Source: a virus (lineage: Duplodnaviria; Caudoviricetes). From it: a stretch of 31,592 nt of DNA. The stretch covers positions 1 to 31,592 of IMG/VR virus record IMGVR_UViG_3300031833_000016. One strand, given 5' to 3'. Shown here one piece after another: positions 1 to 8,327 of the stretch (its first letter is position 1; every line of letters starts with the position of its first letter). The position numbers and the translations under genes were made by a program. The notes under the pieces are model-generated. The model was not told the origin of the DNA, did not search any database, and worked only from the letters and a program-made list of their open reading frames with translations.

Positions 1-2
1 CC

Positions 3-257
3 GAGGTGGACGGCTGGATCGCCGCGGGCCGGGTGCTGCCCAAGCAGCGGGCCGCCTACGTGACGCTGGCGCTGACCGACCGGGACATGCTCCTCACGCT
101 GCTGCCGGACGAGCCGGTGGTCAAGCTCAACAACCAGGAGGGCCTGTCCGGCCCGGACGGGGCGCAGCAGCAGGAGCAGGACATCGACGCGGAGGTGGCG
201 CGGCTCACCGCCGTGCACAGCCAGTTCTTCTCGCCGAACGGCACGAAGGGGAGGTGA
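3..257 (+). CDS. C-terminal part of capsid scaffolding / prohead protease-scaffold protein (5' partial)
   Basis: Open frame from window edge with GC3-rich codons; helical/acidic C-terminus; lies directly upstream of decoration and capsid genes. Function inferred from synteny. Confidence 0.6.
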   Translation, partial: EVDGWIAAGRVLPKQRAAYVTLALTDRDMLLTLLPDEPVVKLNNQEGLSGPDGAQQQEQDIDAEVARLTAVHSQFFSPNGTKGR

Positions 258-262
258 GGTAG

Positions 263-931
263 ATGCCAGCCAACGACAGCGTTGAATTCGACTACCCGGC
301 CAACTACCAGAAGCCGACCCACGAGTACGGCCAGCCCTGGGGCGATGAGTTCCACGCCGAGGCGGTCGCGGAGCTGCTCCTGTCCATGGCCGGGTACACC
401 CAGCGCGGTGTCACCCTGGCCGCTGGCCAGGGCATCCTGCCCACCGGCTGCGTGATCGCCCGGCACACCGCCAGCGGCAAGTACTTCGTCTACCAGGCCG
501 CCGCCACCGACGGCCGGGGCGTGGCCATGGGCGTGCTGCGCGATGCCCGCGACACGGGCGGCCCGGGCGCCGCCTCGGTGGCCGCGTACAACGCGAACAC
601 CAACGGGGTCAACCCGGACGGCATCACCCTGGCCGGCGGCACCATCACCTACCCGTCCAGCCCGGCCGGCAAGGTGGCCGGGGACTCCCTGGGCAACCTG
701 GTGATCCGCGGCATCCTGAACGGCAACGTGGTGTCCGGCACCGAGACCACCAACGTGGTCAACGGGGCGGGCGTGGGCTCGGGCACGGGCCAGATCCTGG
801 CCCAGCTGGGCGCCCGGTACGTGTCCTACGGCGGCTCGGTCGCCGCGCAGGGCCCGGCGCCGTTCCCCGGCAGCCCGATGGACGGCAACCCGGTGGCCGG
901 CCAGGTCGGGGTTAATGCTTTCATCTTCTAG
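263..931 (+). CDS. Head decoration protein (lambda gpD-like)
   Basis: SD GGAGGT/GAGGT before ATG; motif GVTLAAGQGILPTGCVIA...Y...A.DG...A.GVL typical of gpD-like decoration proteins; position between scaffold and gpE-like capsid. Confidence 0.75.
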   Translation: MPANDSVEFDYPANYQKPTHEYGQPWGDEFHAEAVAELLLSMAGYTQRGVTLAAGQGILPTGCVIARHTASGKYFVYQAAATDGRGVAMGVLRDARDTGGPGAASVAAYNANTNGVNPDGITLAGGTITYPSSPAGKVAGDSLGNLVIRGILNGNVVSGTETTNVVNGAGVGSGTGQILAQLGARYVSYGGSVAAQGPAPFPGSPMDGNPVAGQVGVNAFIF

Positions 932-940
932 TCGCAGCTC

Positions 941-977
941 AGAGGCCCTTTTTCGAACAAACCGAAGAAGGGTCTCT
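941..977 (+). terminator. Stem-loop, probable terminator
   Basis: AGAGGCCCTTTTTCG (941-955) pairs with CGAAGAAGGGTCTCT (963-977), 15 bp with two G-U, 7-nt loop, just after the stop codon; no U-tract. Confidence 0.6.
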
Positions 978-1081
978 CAACGGGGACGAGTTCCTGGCCC
1001 TGCTTCAGGCCGCCTGAGCGCGTTCACTTCCCGGTAACCCGGAGGGCTGCCCGGCGGCCCGGCGCGCCCGATAGCGGGGGC

Positions 1082-2644
1082 ATGACTGACTTCACCCGCA
1101 GGACCTTCATCAGAGCTGGCGTGCTCGGCGGCACCGTCGCGCTGCTGCCCTGGGGCGGCCGGGCCGTGGCCGGCACCGCCTCGGCCGCGGCTGGCGCGGT
1201 GCAGCCCGGCCAGCCCGTCCCGACCGGCGGCAAGATGCTCGCCCCGATGGCGTTCATGTTCCCCGACCTCCCCCCGTTCGTGCCGGACCCGGACCCCGAC
1301 ACCGCCACCACCGAGCTGATGGCGCTGGCTAACACCCTGCTCGATCCCAACGTCACCGCCGGGCCGGGAAACCGGGACCAGGTGGGCAGTTTCGGCAGCT
1401 CGCTGACGTATCTCGGGCAATTCATCGACCACGACAACTTCCTGGACGGCGAGCCGCAGCCGACCGCGTTCTTCGGCCGCGACAACCAGGGCAACCTGCT
1501 CGACCCGGACGGCAGCATCGTCTTCAACCTGGAATCATTCAGGTTTGACCTGAGCAGCGTGTACGGTGGCGGGCCGGCGGTCTCGCCGCAGCTCTACGCC
1601 AGCGACGGGGTGCGGATGCTGGTCCAGGAGGACAACGGCAACGGGGTCCGGGACCTGCCCCGCGACAGCTCCGGGGTCGCGATCCTCGTCGAGCACCGCA
1701 ACGACGAGAACGAGATCATCGCCCAGGTGCACGTCGCGTTCCTGAAGTTCCACAACGCGGTGGCCGACGCCATGCCCGGCGCGGGCTTCGACCAGGTGGC
1801 CGCCACCGTGCGCCGGCATTACCAGTGGATCGTGATCCACCAGTTCCTGCCGCACATCTGCGGGGACGGCGTGGTCTCCGGCCTGCTCGACGGGTCCATC
1901 CCCAGCCTGTACAAGGCCGGCAACCCGAACGCGCCGCTGGTCCCGGTCGAGATGCAGGTCGCCGCCTACAGGTTCGGCCACAGCATGGTCAGGAAGGCCT
2001 ACGAGCTGACGGTCAGCACCGGCAAGCTCCAGGTCTTCAACGGGACTGCCGCTGACCTGCACGGAGGCCGCCCGATCCCCAGCGGGAGGCAGATCGACTG
2101 GGGCAACTTCGTGCTGCCGCTGCAGCGTCCCGAGAACGCCGCGCACTTCAACAACCCGCGGTTCATCGACACCCTGGTCAGCTCCGGCCTGTTCACGCTG
2201 CCGATCGGCGGCCCCGGCGGCGCCGAGGCGTCCGGGTCGACGGTGCTGCCGTTCCGCAACCTGCTCAGGGGCTTCCGGTACGGCCTGCCCAGCGGGCAGG
2301 ACGTCGCCGCGGCGATGGGCGAGACGGTGATCAGCCCCGCGGACGCGCTGCCGGACAACGTCGACAGCGCCGCCATCACGGCCGGGTTCTCGGGCGGCAC
2401 GCCGCTGTGGTTCTACGTCCTGCGGGAGGCGGAGCTGGGCGGCGGGCTGACCCTGGGCCGGACCGGAGCCCGGCTGGTCGCCGACTCGTTCCTGGGCTCC
2501 ATGACCGCGGACAAGGACGGGCTGCTGCACGACAACAGCCCGACCAGCCGGCGGTGGCAGCCCGTCCCGCCGATCGCCCCGGCCCCGGGGCAGTTTGGCC
2601 TGGAGGATCTCCTCGTGTTCGCCGGCGTGGCCGCCCGGCCCTGA
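1082..2644 (+). CDS. Tat-exported heme peroxidase (animal/myeloperoxidase-cyclooxygenase superfamily, bacterial type)
   Basis: Twin-arginine signal TRRTFIRAG plus hydrophobic stretch and AxA site; family motifs GQFIDHD, RNDEN, AAYRFGHSMVR, RNLLRG, TPLWFYVLREAE. Confidence 0.9.
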   Translation: MTDFTRRTFIRAGVLGGTVALLPWGGRAVAGTASAAAGAVQPGQPVPTGGKMLAPMAFMFPDLPPFVPDPDPDTATTELMALANTLLDPNVTAGPGNRDQVGSFGSSLTYLGQFIDHDNFLDGEPQPTAFFGRDNQGNLLDPDGSIVFNLESFRFDLSSVYGGGPAVSPQLYASDGVRMLVQEDNGNGVRDLPRDSSGVAILVEHRNDENEIIAQVHVAFLKFHNAVADAMPGAGFDQVAATVRRHYQWIVIHQFLPHICGDGVVSGLLDGSIPSLYKAGNPNAPLVPVEMQVAAYRFGHSMVRKAYELTVSTGKLQVFNGTAADLHGGRPIPSGRQIDWGNFVLPLQRPENAAHFNNPRFIDTLVSSGLFTLPIGGPGGAEASGSTVLPFRNLLRGFRYGLPSGQDVAAAMGETVISPADALPDNVDSAAITAGFSGGTPLWFYVLREAELGGGLTLGRTGARLVADSFLGSMTADKDGLLHDNSPTSRRWQPVPPIAPAPGQFGLEDLLVFAGVAARP

Positions 2645-2808
2645 TCCGCCCCGCTGGCCTGGCCCCGCGCGGGCCGGACGATATGACCGGGTAACCGCCA
2701 TCACGCGGCCAGGCCAGCCAGGTGGCTCCCCCCGAGGGGGCGGCGCAGGCCGGGCACCCTGACGGGTGCCGCTGCCTTCAGCGAAGCGCCTACGCAGGGA
2801 GCCCTGGA

Positions 2809-4023
2809 ATGCCGGACATCAGCCTCCTAGAGCCGGTCGTGCTCAGGGGAGTCGTGGAGAAGTTCGTCACCCCCGAAACGCTGGTGCTGCTGAACCGGCT
2901 GGATCAGACCCCCTGGCCTTTCCCGTCCGCGACATGGGACGTCATCAAGGGCTCGCGGATGGTCGCCAAGCCGAACGTCCCGAACAGCGAGGCGCACATC
3001 ATCTCCCGGCTCGGCAGGAGCCAGGAGTCGGCTGCCTTTATCTATCTGCGGGAGAAGAAGGTCTTCGAGCCCACCACGCTGCACTGGCTGCGCGTGCCCG
3101 GTGAAATTGCCCGGGTAAACGCCGAGCAGGCGGTGCTCCGGGAGATCAACGACCTCAATATGAGGTTCGACAATTTCGCGGAATGGTCGTGTTGGCAGGC
3201 CCTGGGCGGCGGCATCAACTACAACTACGCGGACGTTTCCGCGGTAGTGAATTACAAGTTCCCGGCGTCCCATTTCGTCACCCCGGCCACGCCGTGGGTG
3301 AACAACCCGTCGCTGACCTACTTCACCACGGGCGGCGCGACCGCCGGTACCGGCGCGGCCCAGGGCAACCCGCTCACGCTGGGCCAGGCCAACACCCGGC
3401 TGACCGGTGGCACCGGTACGATAACGTACGCCAACCCGGTCTCCATCCTGGAGGACGTCCGGTCCTGGAAGCGCGTGGTCCAGATCCACGGCCGGGTCCC
3501 GGCCAAGGAGGTCTTCGCCACCTCGGTGTCGATGGCGGCCCTGATGGAGGCCTGGACCCAGGCCACCTCCGGCGCCACCGTCAACATCCCCGCGACCATG
3601 CTCTCGGACCGGATGAAGGACGAGTTCTATTCCACCGGGATCATGTCAGGCTTTATGGGGCTCGTCTGGAATACGGTGGAGCAGGTTTTTGAATCGGACC
3701 TGGGCAATATCACATTCTTCGTGCCGGACGGCCAGCTTTATCTCGGGAACTATACCGATCAGCGTCCTATCGAGCTTCTCATTGGCCCGACCGCCGATGA
3801 CGAGGCGCCTGACGGATTCACGGGCAAATATGCGAAAACCTGGAAGGAAAAAGATCCATCGGCCAGGCAGTATCTACTCGAATGGCACCTGCTACCGATC
3901 GTAACCAGGCCTGAGCAGATGCTCGTGGCTACGGGTATTATCGGAACTGGCGCTACCGCAGCTCCGGCCGGGTACTGGGCTGGTTCTGTGGGCAACGCTC
4001 CTGGTGGCGGTCTCATCGACTAG
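2809..4023 (+). CDS. Major capsid protein (lambda gpE-like, HK97 fold)
   Basis: ATG 2809 after GGGAG; gpE-like segments (WDVIKGSRMVAKPNVPNSEA, EWSCWQAL.GG, KTWKEKDPSARQYLLEWHLLP); follows the decoration gene. Confidence 0.85.
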   Translation: MPDISLLEPVVLRGVVEKFVTPETLVLLNRLDQTPWPFPSATWDVIKGSRMVAKPNVPNSEAHIISRLGRSQESAAFIYLREKKVFEPTTLHWLRVPGEIARVNAEQAVLREINDLNMRFDNFAEWSCWQALGGGINYNYADVSAVVNYKFPASHFVTPATPWVNNPSLTYFTTGGATAGTGAAQGNPLTLGQANTRLTGGTGTITYANPVSILEDVRSWKRVVQIHGRVPAKEVFATSVSMAALMEAWTQATSGATVNIPATMLSDRMKDEFYSTGIMSGFMGLVWNTVEQVFESDLGNITFFVPDGQLYLGNYTDQRPIELLIGPTADDEAPDGFTGKYAKTWKEKDPSARQYLLEWHLLPIVTRPEQMLVATGIIGTGATAAPAGYWAGSVGNAPGGGLID

Positions 4024-4042
4024 TCACTCTCCGTATAGCGAG

Positions 4043-4073
4043 AGGCCCTGACTTGACACGAGTCAGGGCCTTT
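4043..4073 (+). terminator. Intrinsic terminator-like hairpin after capsid gene
   Basis: AGGCCCTGACT / AGTCAGGGCCT 11-bp perfect stem, 7-nt loop TGACACG, short T run at the 3' end. Confidence 0.7.
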
Positions 4074-4081
4074 CCTATTGT
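4053..4081 (+). promoter_or_regulatory. Sigma70/HrdB-type promoter for leaderless endonuclease transcript
   Basis: TTGACA (4053-4058), 17-bp spacer, TATTGT (4076-4081), ATG 7 nt later at 4089. Confidence 0.75.
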
Positions 4082-4088
4082 GACAACC

Positions 4089-4727
4089 ATGGTGATGACG
4101 GGAGCGGAACGGCAGCGCAGGTCCAGGCAGGCTAGAGCCCAGGGCGTGGTGCTCCGGCATAAGCGTGTCGTTAATGACGAGGGCCGTGAGTGCGCTTACA
4201 GCGGACCTGGCAGCTGCGGGAACAAGTTCAAGCTCTGGTCGGCGTTCGGTCCCGGCAACGGGCCGCATGGCAGGGAGCGGCGCTGCCGGGACTGCATGGT
4301 CGCCAAGGCCACTGAGTACCTCAAGCGCGAGCCGACCGAGGTGCAGCAGCGCCGTAACGAGCGGCAGGCGAGGTACCAGCAGACCGAGACCGGCAAGGAA
4401 GTCAACCGGCGGGCGAAGATCAGGTACCGCTATGGCATCTCCGTGGGGCAGTACGACTGGCTCTGGGAGCAGCAGGACGGGCGCTGCTACTTCTGCGGCT
4501 TCGGGGAGACCGTCATTCACCATGCCTCGGGTGAGGTCATGAGGCTCGGTGTCGACCATGACCATGACTGCAGTCAGGGGCATGACCCGAAGAAGGCGTG
4601 CGAGTACTGCCTGCGCGGCCTGGCCTGCTACAACTGCAACATCTTCATCAGCCGAGCTGAGCGCTCGCAAATCCTCCGGCCCCGGGTGGCTGACCTGCTG
4701 GCCCGCCGGCCGCTGCTGGCTGCCTGA
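4089..4727 (+). CDS. Free-standing homing endonuclease, endonuclease VII (His-Me) family
   Basis: YRYGIS..QY..L...QDGRCYFC...LGVDHDH...LRGLACYNCN; N-terminal Cys cluster; lower GC3 than neighbours. Confidence 0.85.
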   Translation: MVMTGAERQRRSRQARAQGVVLRHKRVVNDEGRECAYSGPGSCGNKFKLWSAFGPGNGPHGRERRCRDCMVAKATEYLKREPTEVQQRRNERQARYQQTETGKEVNRRAKIRYRYGISVGQYDWLWEQQDGRCYFCGFGETVIHHASGEVMRLGVDHDHDCSQGHDPKKACEYCLRGLACYNCNIFISRAERSQILRPRVADLLARRPLLAA

Positions 4728-4741
4728 CGAACCTGTCCTGC

Positions 4742-5497
4742 ATGGACATCACCGTCGCGTTCACGGTCAGCGGGCAGCGGCAGAAGTACCTGCGCCAGGC
4801 GCTGGCCAGCTGGGCGCGCGCCCGGGGCGTGCAGGATGCGCGGATGCTGTTCTGCGTCGAGCCCGAGCCGTCGTTCCCGGTGCCGGACTTCACCGCCTGG
4901 GCCGGGGAGACGTTCTCCCGGGTCCAGGTGGCGGTCAACCCGGCCGTGCTGGGCTGCCTGGCCAACACCCGGCAGGCGATGGAGCTGGCGTTCGGCGGCG
5001 GGGCGGGCTTCGCGGTGCTGGCCGAGGAGGACATCGAGGTCAGCACCGACGTGCTGGAGTACTTCGGCTGGGCGGCCGGCCGGTACGAGCGCGACACCGA
5101 CATCATGGCGGCCTGCTCGCACGTGCTGTCCAGCCGGGTCCTGCGGGGGATCTCGTGGCCGGATGCCGCGGTCCGGCTGCCCTGGTTCAGCCCGCTGGTC
5201 TGGGGCACCTGGAAGCCCTGCTGGGACGAGTTCATCGGGCCCGGCTGGGGCCCGGCCGAGGGCAACGCCCAGGGCTGGGACGTGCACCTGCGCGAGCAGC
5301 TGCGGGAGGTGGAGCGGGCCTGCCTGTTCCCGGTGCTGTCCCGGTCGCTGCACATCGGGCAGGCCAGCACCCTGTTCAGCCCGGAGCTGGCCGCGCACAT
5401 GTACCCGGGCACCCGGAGCAGCTGCTTCAGCCGCGACTACCCGCCGCAGGAGTGGCGCGAGGTGATCCCCGGGCCGCAGCTGGAGATGACCGTGTAG
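4742..5497 (+). CDS. Glycosyltransferase, GT-A fold
   Basis: N-terminal beta strand, YLRQALASW, LGCLANTRQAM, AVLAEEDI (DxD-like), VWGTW, GWD and SRSLHIG motifs typical of GT-A enzymes. Confidence 0.7.
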   Translation: MDITVAFTVSGQRQKYLRQALASWARARGVQDARMLFCVEPEPSFPVPDFTAWAGETFSRVQVAVNPAVLGCLANTRQAMELAFGGGAGFAVLAEEDIEVSTDVLEYFGWAAGRYERDTDIMAACSHVLSSRVLRGISWPDAAVRLPWFSPLVWGTWKPCWDEFIGPGWGPAEGNAQGWDVHLREQLREVERACLFPVLSRSLHIGQASTLFSPELAAHMYPGTRSSCFSRDYPPQEWREVIPGPQLEMTV

Positions 5498-5517
5498 GGG
5501 TGTCGATTCCCCCGGGC

Positions 5518-6282
5518 GTGGCTGGACTGTCCGGAAAGCAGGTCATCGTCGACGTGGCGGCGCTGGCTGAGCGGCTGGTGCCCGAGGGACCGCAGGAGGA
5601 GCAGCCGGCAGTCGGCGCCGGGCAGTTCCTCCAGGGTGACGGGCCGGGTGTCGCGTCGGCGGCTGGCGGGAACGCGCTGCCAGCCGGCCCGGTGTGCGCG
5701 CTGGGCCACCCGAACGTGCCCGGAGCCCGGTTCTGCGCCAGCTGCGGGCTGTCCATGGACGCGGAGACCGCGCCGCAGGTAGTCCGGGCCGAGGGCATCC
5801 GGCCGAGGCCCGCCGCTGAGCTGAGCGCGGAGGAGCTGGCCGCGCGGGAGAAGGCGCACGCCGCGGCGGTGGCCGAGACCGCCCGCTTCGAGGCCGCCCC
5901 GCCCGAGTGGGTCTACACCGAGGGCGATGCGGTGCTCATCCACTTCATCGACGACGGGCTGACCGCGTTCGGCCAGGTCTGGTACCGGGGCCAGGAGCTG
6001 GAGATCGGCCCGGACCACCCGCGGTGGGAGGAGGCCCGCGGCTGGATCATGCTGAACCGGATGCAGCAGGCGGCCCGGTGGGGCAAGCACTACTTTGAGC
6101 ACGGCCCGTGGCCAGGGCGCCGCTCCTACACCGAGGGCCAGGAGAGCTACGAGCGGCTGGCCGGCACCGACCACCAGGGCAACCCGGTGACCATCCAGGG
6201 CCCGGGCGAGGAGGCGCTGCGCCGCGCCGACGCGATCGAGGCCCAGCGCGGCCGGGGCGTGCCCGCCCGGGCGTTCAGGTGA
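5518..6282 (+). CDS. Hypothetical protein with zinc-ribbon (CALGHPN...FCASCG)
   Basis: Coding-like 3' part of ORF 4549..6282; start GTG 5518 (alternative GTG 5500). Confidence 0.65.
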   Translation: MAGLSGKQVIVDVAALAERLVPEGPQEEQPAVGAGQFLQGDGPGVASAAGGNALPAGPVCALGHPNVPGARFCASCGLSMDAETAPQVVRAEGIRPRPAAELSAEELAAREKAHAAAVAETARFEAAPPEWVYTEGDAVLIHFIDDGLTAFGQVWYRGQELEIGPDHPRWEEARGWIMLNRMQQAARWGKHYFEHGPWPGRRSYTEGQESYERLAGTDHQGNPVTIQGPGEEALRRADAIEAQRGRGVPARAFR

Positions 6283-6397
6283 CGATAGAGCCCGGAGCCG
6301 GGGGAGGGGCAGTTCTGAGCCCCGTCCTCGGAGCCAAGGGCTCCCCGGGGCGGACCAAGGCCGTGCGCGCGCCCCTCTCCCGGCCGATGTACTGGTC

Positions 6398-6985
6398 ATG
6401 TGGCCGCTGCCCAGCGTGAACGACCTGTCCGGCTTCTCCGGCCGCCCGGCCGTCAGCTACACCTCCTACGTCAACTCGGCGCTGCTGCAGGCCGCGCTGA
6501 TGTTCACCTACCTGGCCGAGCGGAACCAGGACGACTTCGGCTCGATGTCCGCGGATGACCAGCAGCTGGCCAACACCGGGGTCATGGCCATGGCGGACTA
6601 CCTGTACCTGCGCTGGCCGTACCAGCAGGTGCTGGCCAGCCCGCTGCAGTCCGAGACGATCGGCTCCTACACCTACCAGAAGCCCTTCCAGGAGATGGCC
6701 CGCAACGCCCAGGCCATGGAGGTGTTCGCCGAGCGCACCGGGGTGGACCTGTTCGACCTGGCGGTCCGGATGCTGGCCAAGCGGACCAAGGCCAACGGCG
6801 TGTACTTCGGGCAGATTAGCGGGTTTGAGCGGTTCAACGAGCGCTATGACGGGGTGGGCATCCACTGGGACTCCGACGAGCAGCGGATGGTGCTGGTCGG
6901 CCCGTCCGACCGGGACCAGCTGGAGATGGTCATGTTCGACATCAACGCGCCCATCTTCCCCTCCGATCCTGGGGTCTTATTTTAG
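6398..6985 (+). CDS. Head-to-tail adaptor / connector
   Basis: Helical protein with QSETIGSYTY motif typical of actinophage adaptors; synteny. Ends GTC TTA TTT TAG. Confidence 0.7.
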   Translation: MWPLPSVNDLSGFSGRPAVSYTSYVNSALLQAALMFTYLAERNQDDFGSMSADDQQLANTGVMAMADYLYLRWPYQQVLASPLQSETIGSYTYQKPFQEMARNAQAMEVFAERTGVDLFDLAVRMLAKRTKANGVYFGQISGFERFNERYDGVGIHWDSDEQRMVLVGPSDRDQLEMVMFDINAPIFPSDPGVLF

Positions 6986-6986
6986 G

Positions 6987-7014
6987 TTGCATTTTTGCGT
7001 TAATGTCGTATGCT
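6987..7014 (+). promoter_or_regulatory. Sigma70-type promoter, leaderless
   Basis: TTGCAT (6987-6992), 16 bp, TATGCT (7009-7014), ATG 6 nt later at 7021. Confidence 0.55.
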
Positions 7015-7020
7015 GGCTTC

Positions 7021-7752
7021 ATGGGAAGGCCGCCGTCAATCAAACTCACTGCTGGTCAGCGCATCGGCAGGGGCGTGGTTATCGACCCCGAGACCAGGCT
7101 GGCTCCGACGCCTGCTGTGCCGAAGGGGCGCAGGGCCGCCCTGCTTCAGTGTGACTGCGGGACTCGTTACGAGGCGGCGCTGTTGACGCTTGTGCCTCGT
7201 AGGGGGGATGGCCGGATCAACACCACGTCTTGCGGGTGTGCTCAGCGGGAGATTGCAGGCGAATACGGTAAGCGCACAATCTGTGAGGCTCATTCGGCCT
7301 GGGTTGAGTCCCGTGGTCTGGGCGGGCTCTCCATGACTCCGCTGTACCGCACCTGGGCCGCAATGAAGAACCGGTGCGAGTATCCGGGCAATCCCCGGTA
7401 TCAGCACTACGGAGGCCGGGGCATCGAGGTCTGCGACCGCTGGCAGGATGTACGCCAGTTCATCGAGGACATCCTGGCGGAGATCGGGCCTTGCCCCGGG
7501 CGGGGCTGGACGCTGGACCGGAAAGATAACGACAAAGACTACGAGCCCGGTAATGTGCGGTGGGCTACGTGGTCGCAGCAGAATCGCAATCGGCAGCCGC
7601 GTAACGGGCGGGCGAAGGGGGCTAGCCGGGAGAAGGTGACCGGGTTGTGGGTAGCGCGCGTGCACCTGGGCCGGTTTGCTACCGAGCAGGAGGCCGCGGA
7701 CGTTTACCAGCGCGCGGTTGCCGTCCTGGAGCGCGAGGGCATCCTCACGTAG
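7021..7752 (+). CDS. HNH-type homing endonuclease with C-terminal AP2-like domain
   Basis: CDCG...SCGC, LYRTWAAMKNRC, YGGRGIEVC, TLDRKDNDKDYEPGNVRWAT...Q..N; C-terminal HLGRFATEQEAA. Confidence 0.85.
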   Translation: MGRPPSIKLTAGQRIGRGVVIDPETRLAPTPAVPKGRRAALLQCDCGTRYEAALLTLVPRRGDGRINTTSCGCAQREIAGEYGKRTICEAHSAWVESRGLGGLSMTPLYRTWAAMKNRCEYPGNPRYQHYGGRGIEVCDRWQDVRQFIEDILAEIGPCPGRGWTLDRKDNDKDYEPGNVRWATWSQQNRNRQPRNGRAKGASREKVTGLWVARVHLGRFATEQEAADVYQRAVAVLEREGILT

Positions 7753-7767
7753 GGCGTATAACCAGGT

Positions 7768-8196
7768 ATGGCCAAGCGCATCCTGGTCACCGTCTCGCGG
7801 ACCTACGACAACCCCGCCGAGATGGAGCGCGTGCTGCGCGCGGCGTGGACCTGGGCGCCGGGCGCGGTGCTGGTGCACGGCGCGCAGAAGGACAGCGACC
7901 TGAGGGCGGTCCGGATCTGGGCGTCCCTCGGCGGCCAGGACGAGCCGCACCCGGTCCGCTGGCGGCCTGAGTGGAACGAGGGCAAGGTCTGGAAGTTCGC
8001 CGGGTTCGACCGCAGCGAGAAGATGGCGAAGCTCGGCGCTGACCTGTGCCTGGCCTTCTTCGGCCCGTGCGACCGGGAGGACTGCTCGCTGCGCGGCAAG
8101 CACGCCTCGCACGGCGCCTCCCACTGCTCCGGCTACGCCGACCGGGTGTGCGGCATCATGACCCGGCGGTTCGGGAGTCCGATTCCCAGGGCGTGA
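7768..8196 (+). CDS. SLOG-family (YspA/DUF2493-like) protein
   Basis: RILVTVSR, LVHGA, AG..R...M, ADLCLAF, SHGA..C pattern; TATAAC 5 nt upstream of ATG suggests a leaderless start. Confidence 0.7.
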   Translation: MAKRILVTVSRTYDNPAEMERVLRAAWTWAPGAVLVHGAQKDSDLRAVRIWASLGGQDEPHPVRWRPEWNEGKVWKFAGFDRSEKMAKLGADLCLAFFGPCDREDCSLRGKHASHGASHCSGYADRVCGIMTRRFGSPIPRA

Positions 8197-8327
8197 CTGC
8201 GGATGCCCGTGAGGCCGCGTACTGGGAATCGCGCTGCCGGTACTGCGAGGCTCCGCTGCGCCGGGACGGCGGCTGCTGCATGTGGTACGGCGAGCCGCAC
8301 GACCTCCCGTATCGGGAGCGCCAGTGA
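8193..8327 (+). CDS. Small Cys-rich hypothetical protein (44 aa)
   Basis: GTGA overlaps at both ends (8193-8196, 8324-8327); CRYC...CC. Confidence 0.5.
   Translation: MTADAREAAYWESRCRYCEAPLRRDGGCCMWYGEPHDLPYRERQ

Noticed and set aside
2722-2808. N-terminal extension of the capsid from GTG 2722
   Set aside because: ATG 2809 has the SD; the upstream stretch looks like structured leader rather than coding sequence.
1082-4023. Encapsulin system (peroxidase cargo next to an HK97-fold shell)
   Set aside because: The peroxidase is animal-type with a Tat signal, not DyP, and the shell sits in a full tailed-phage operon.
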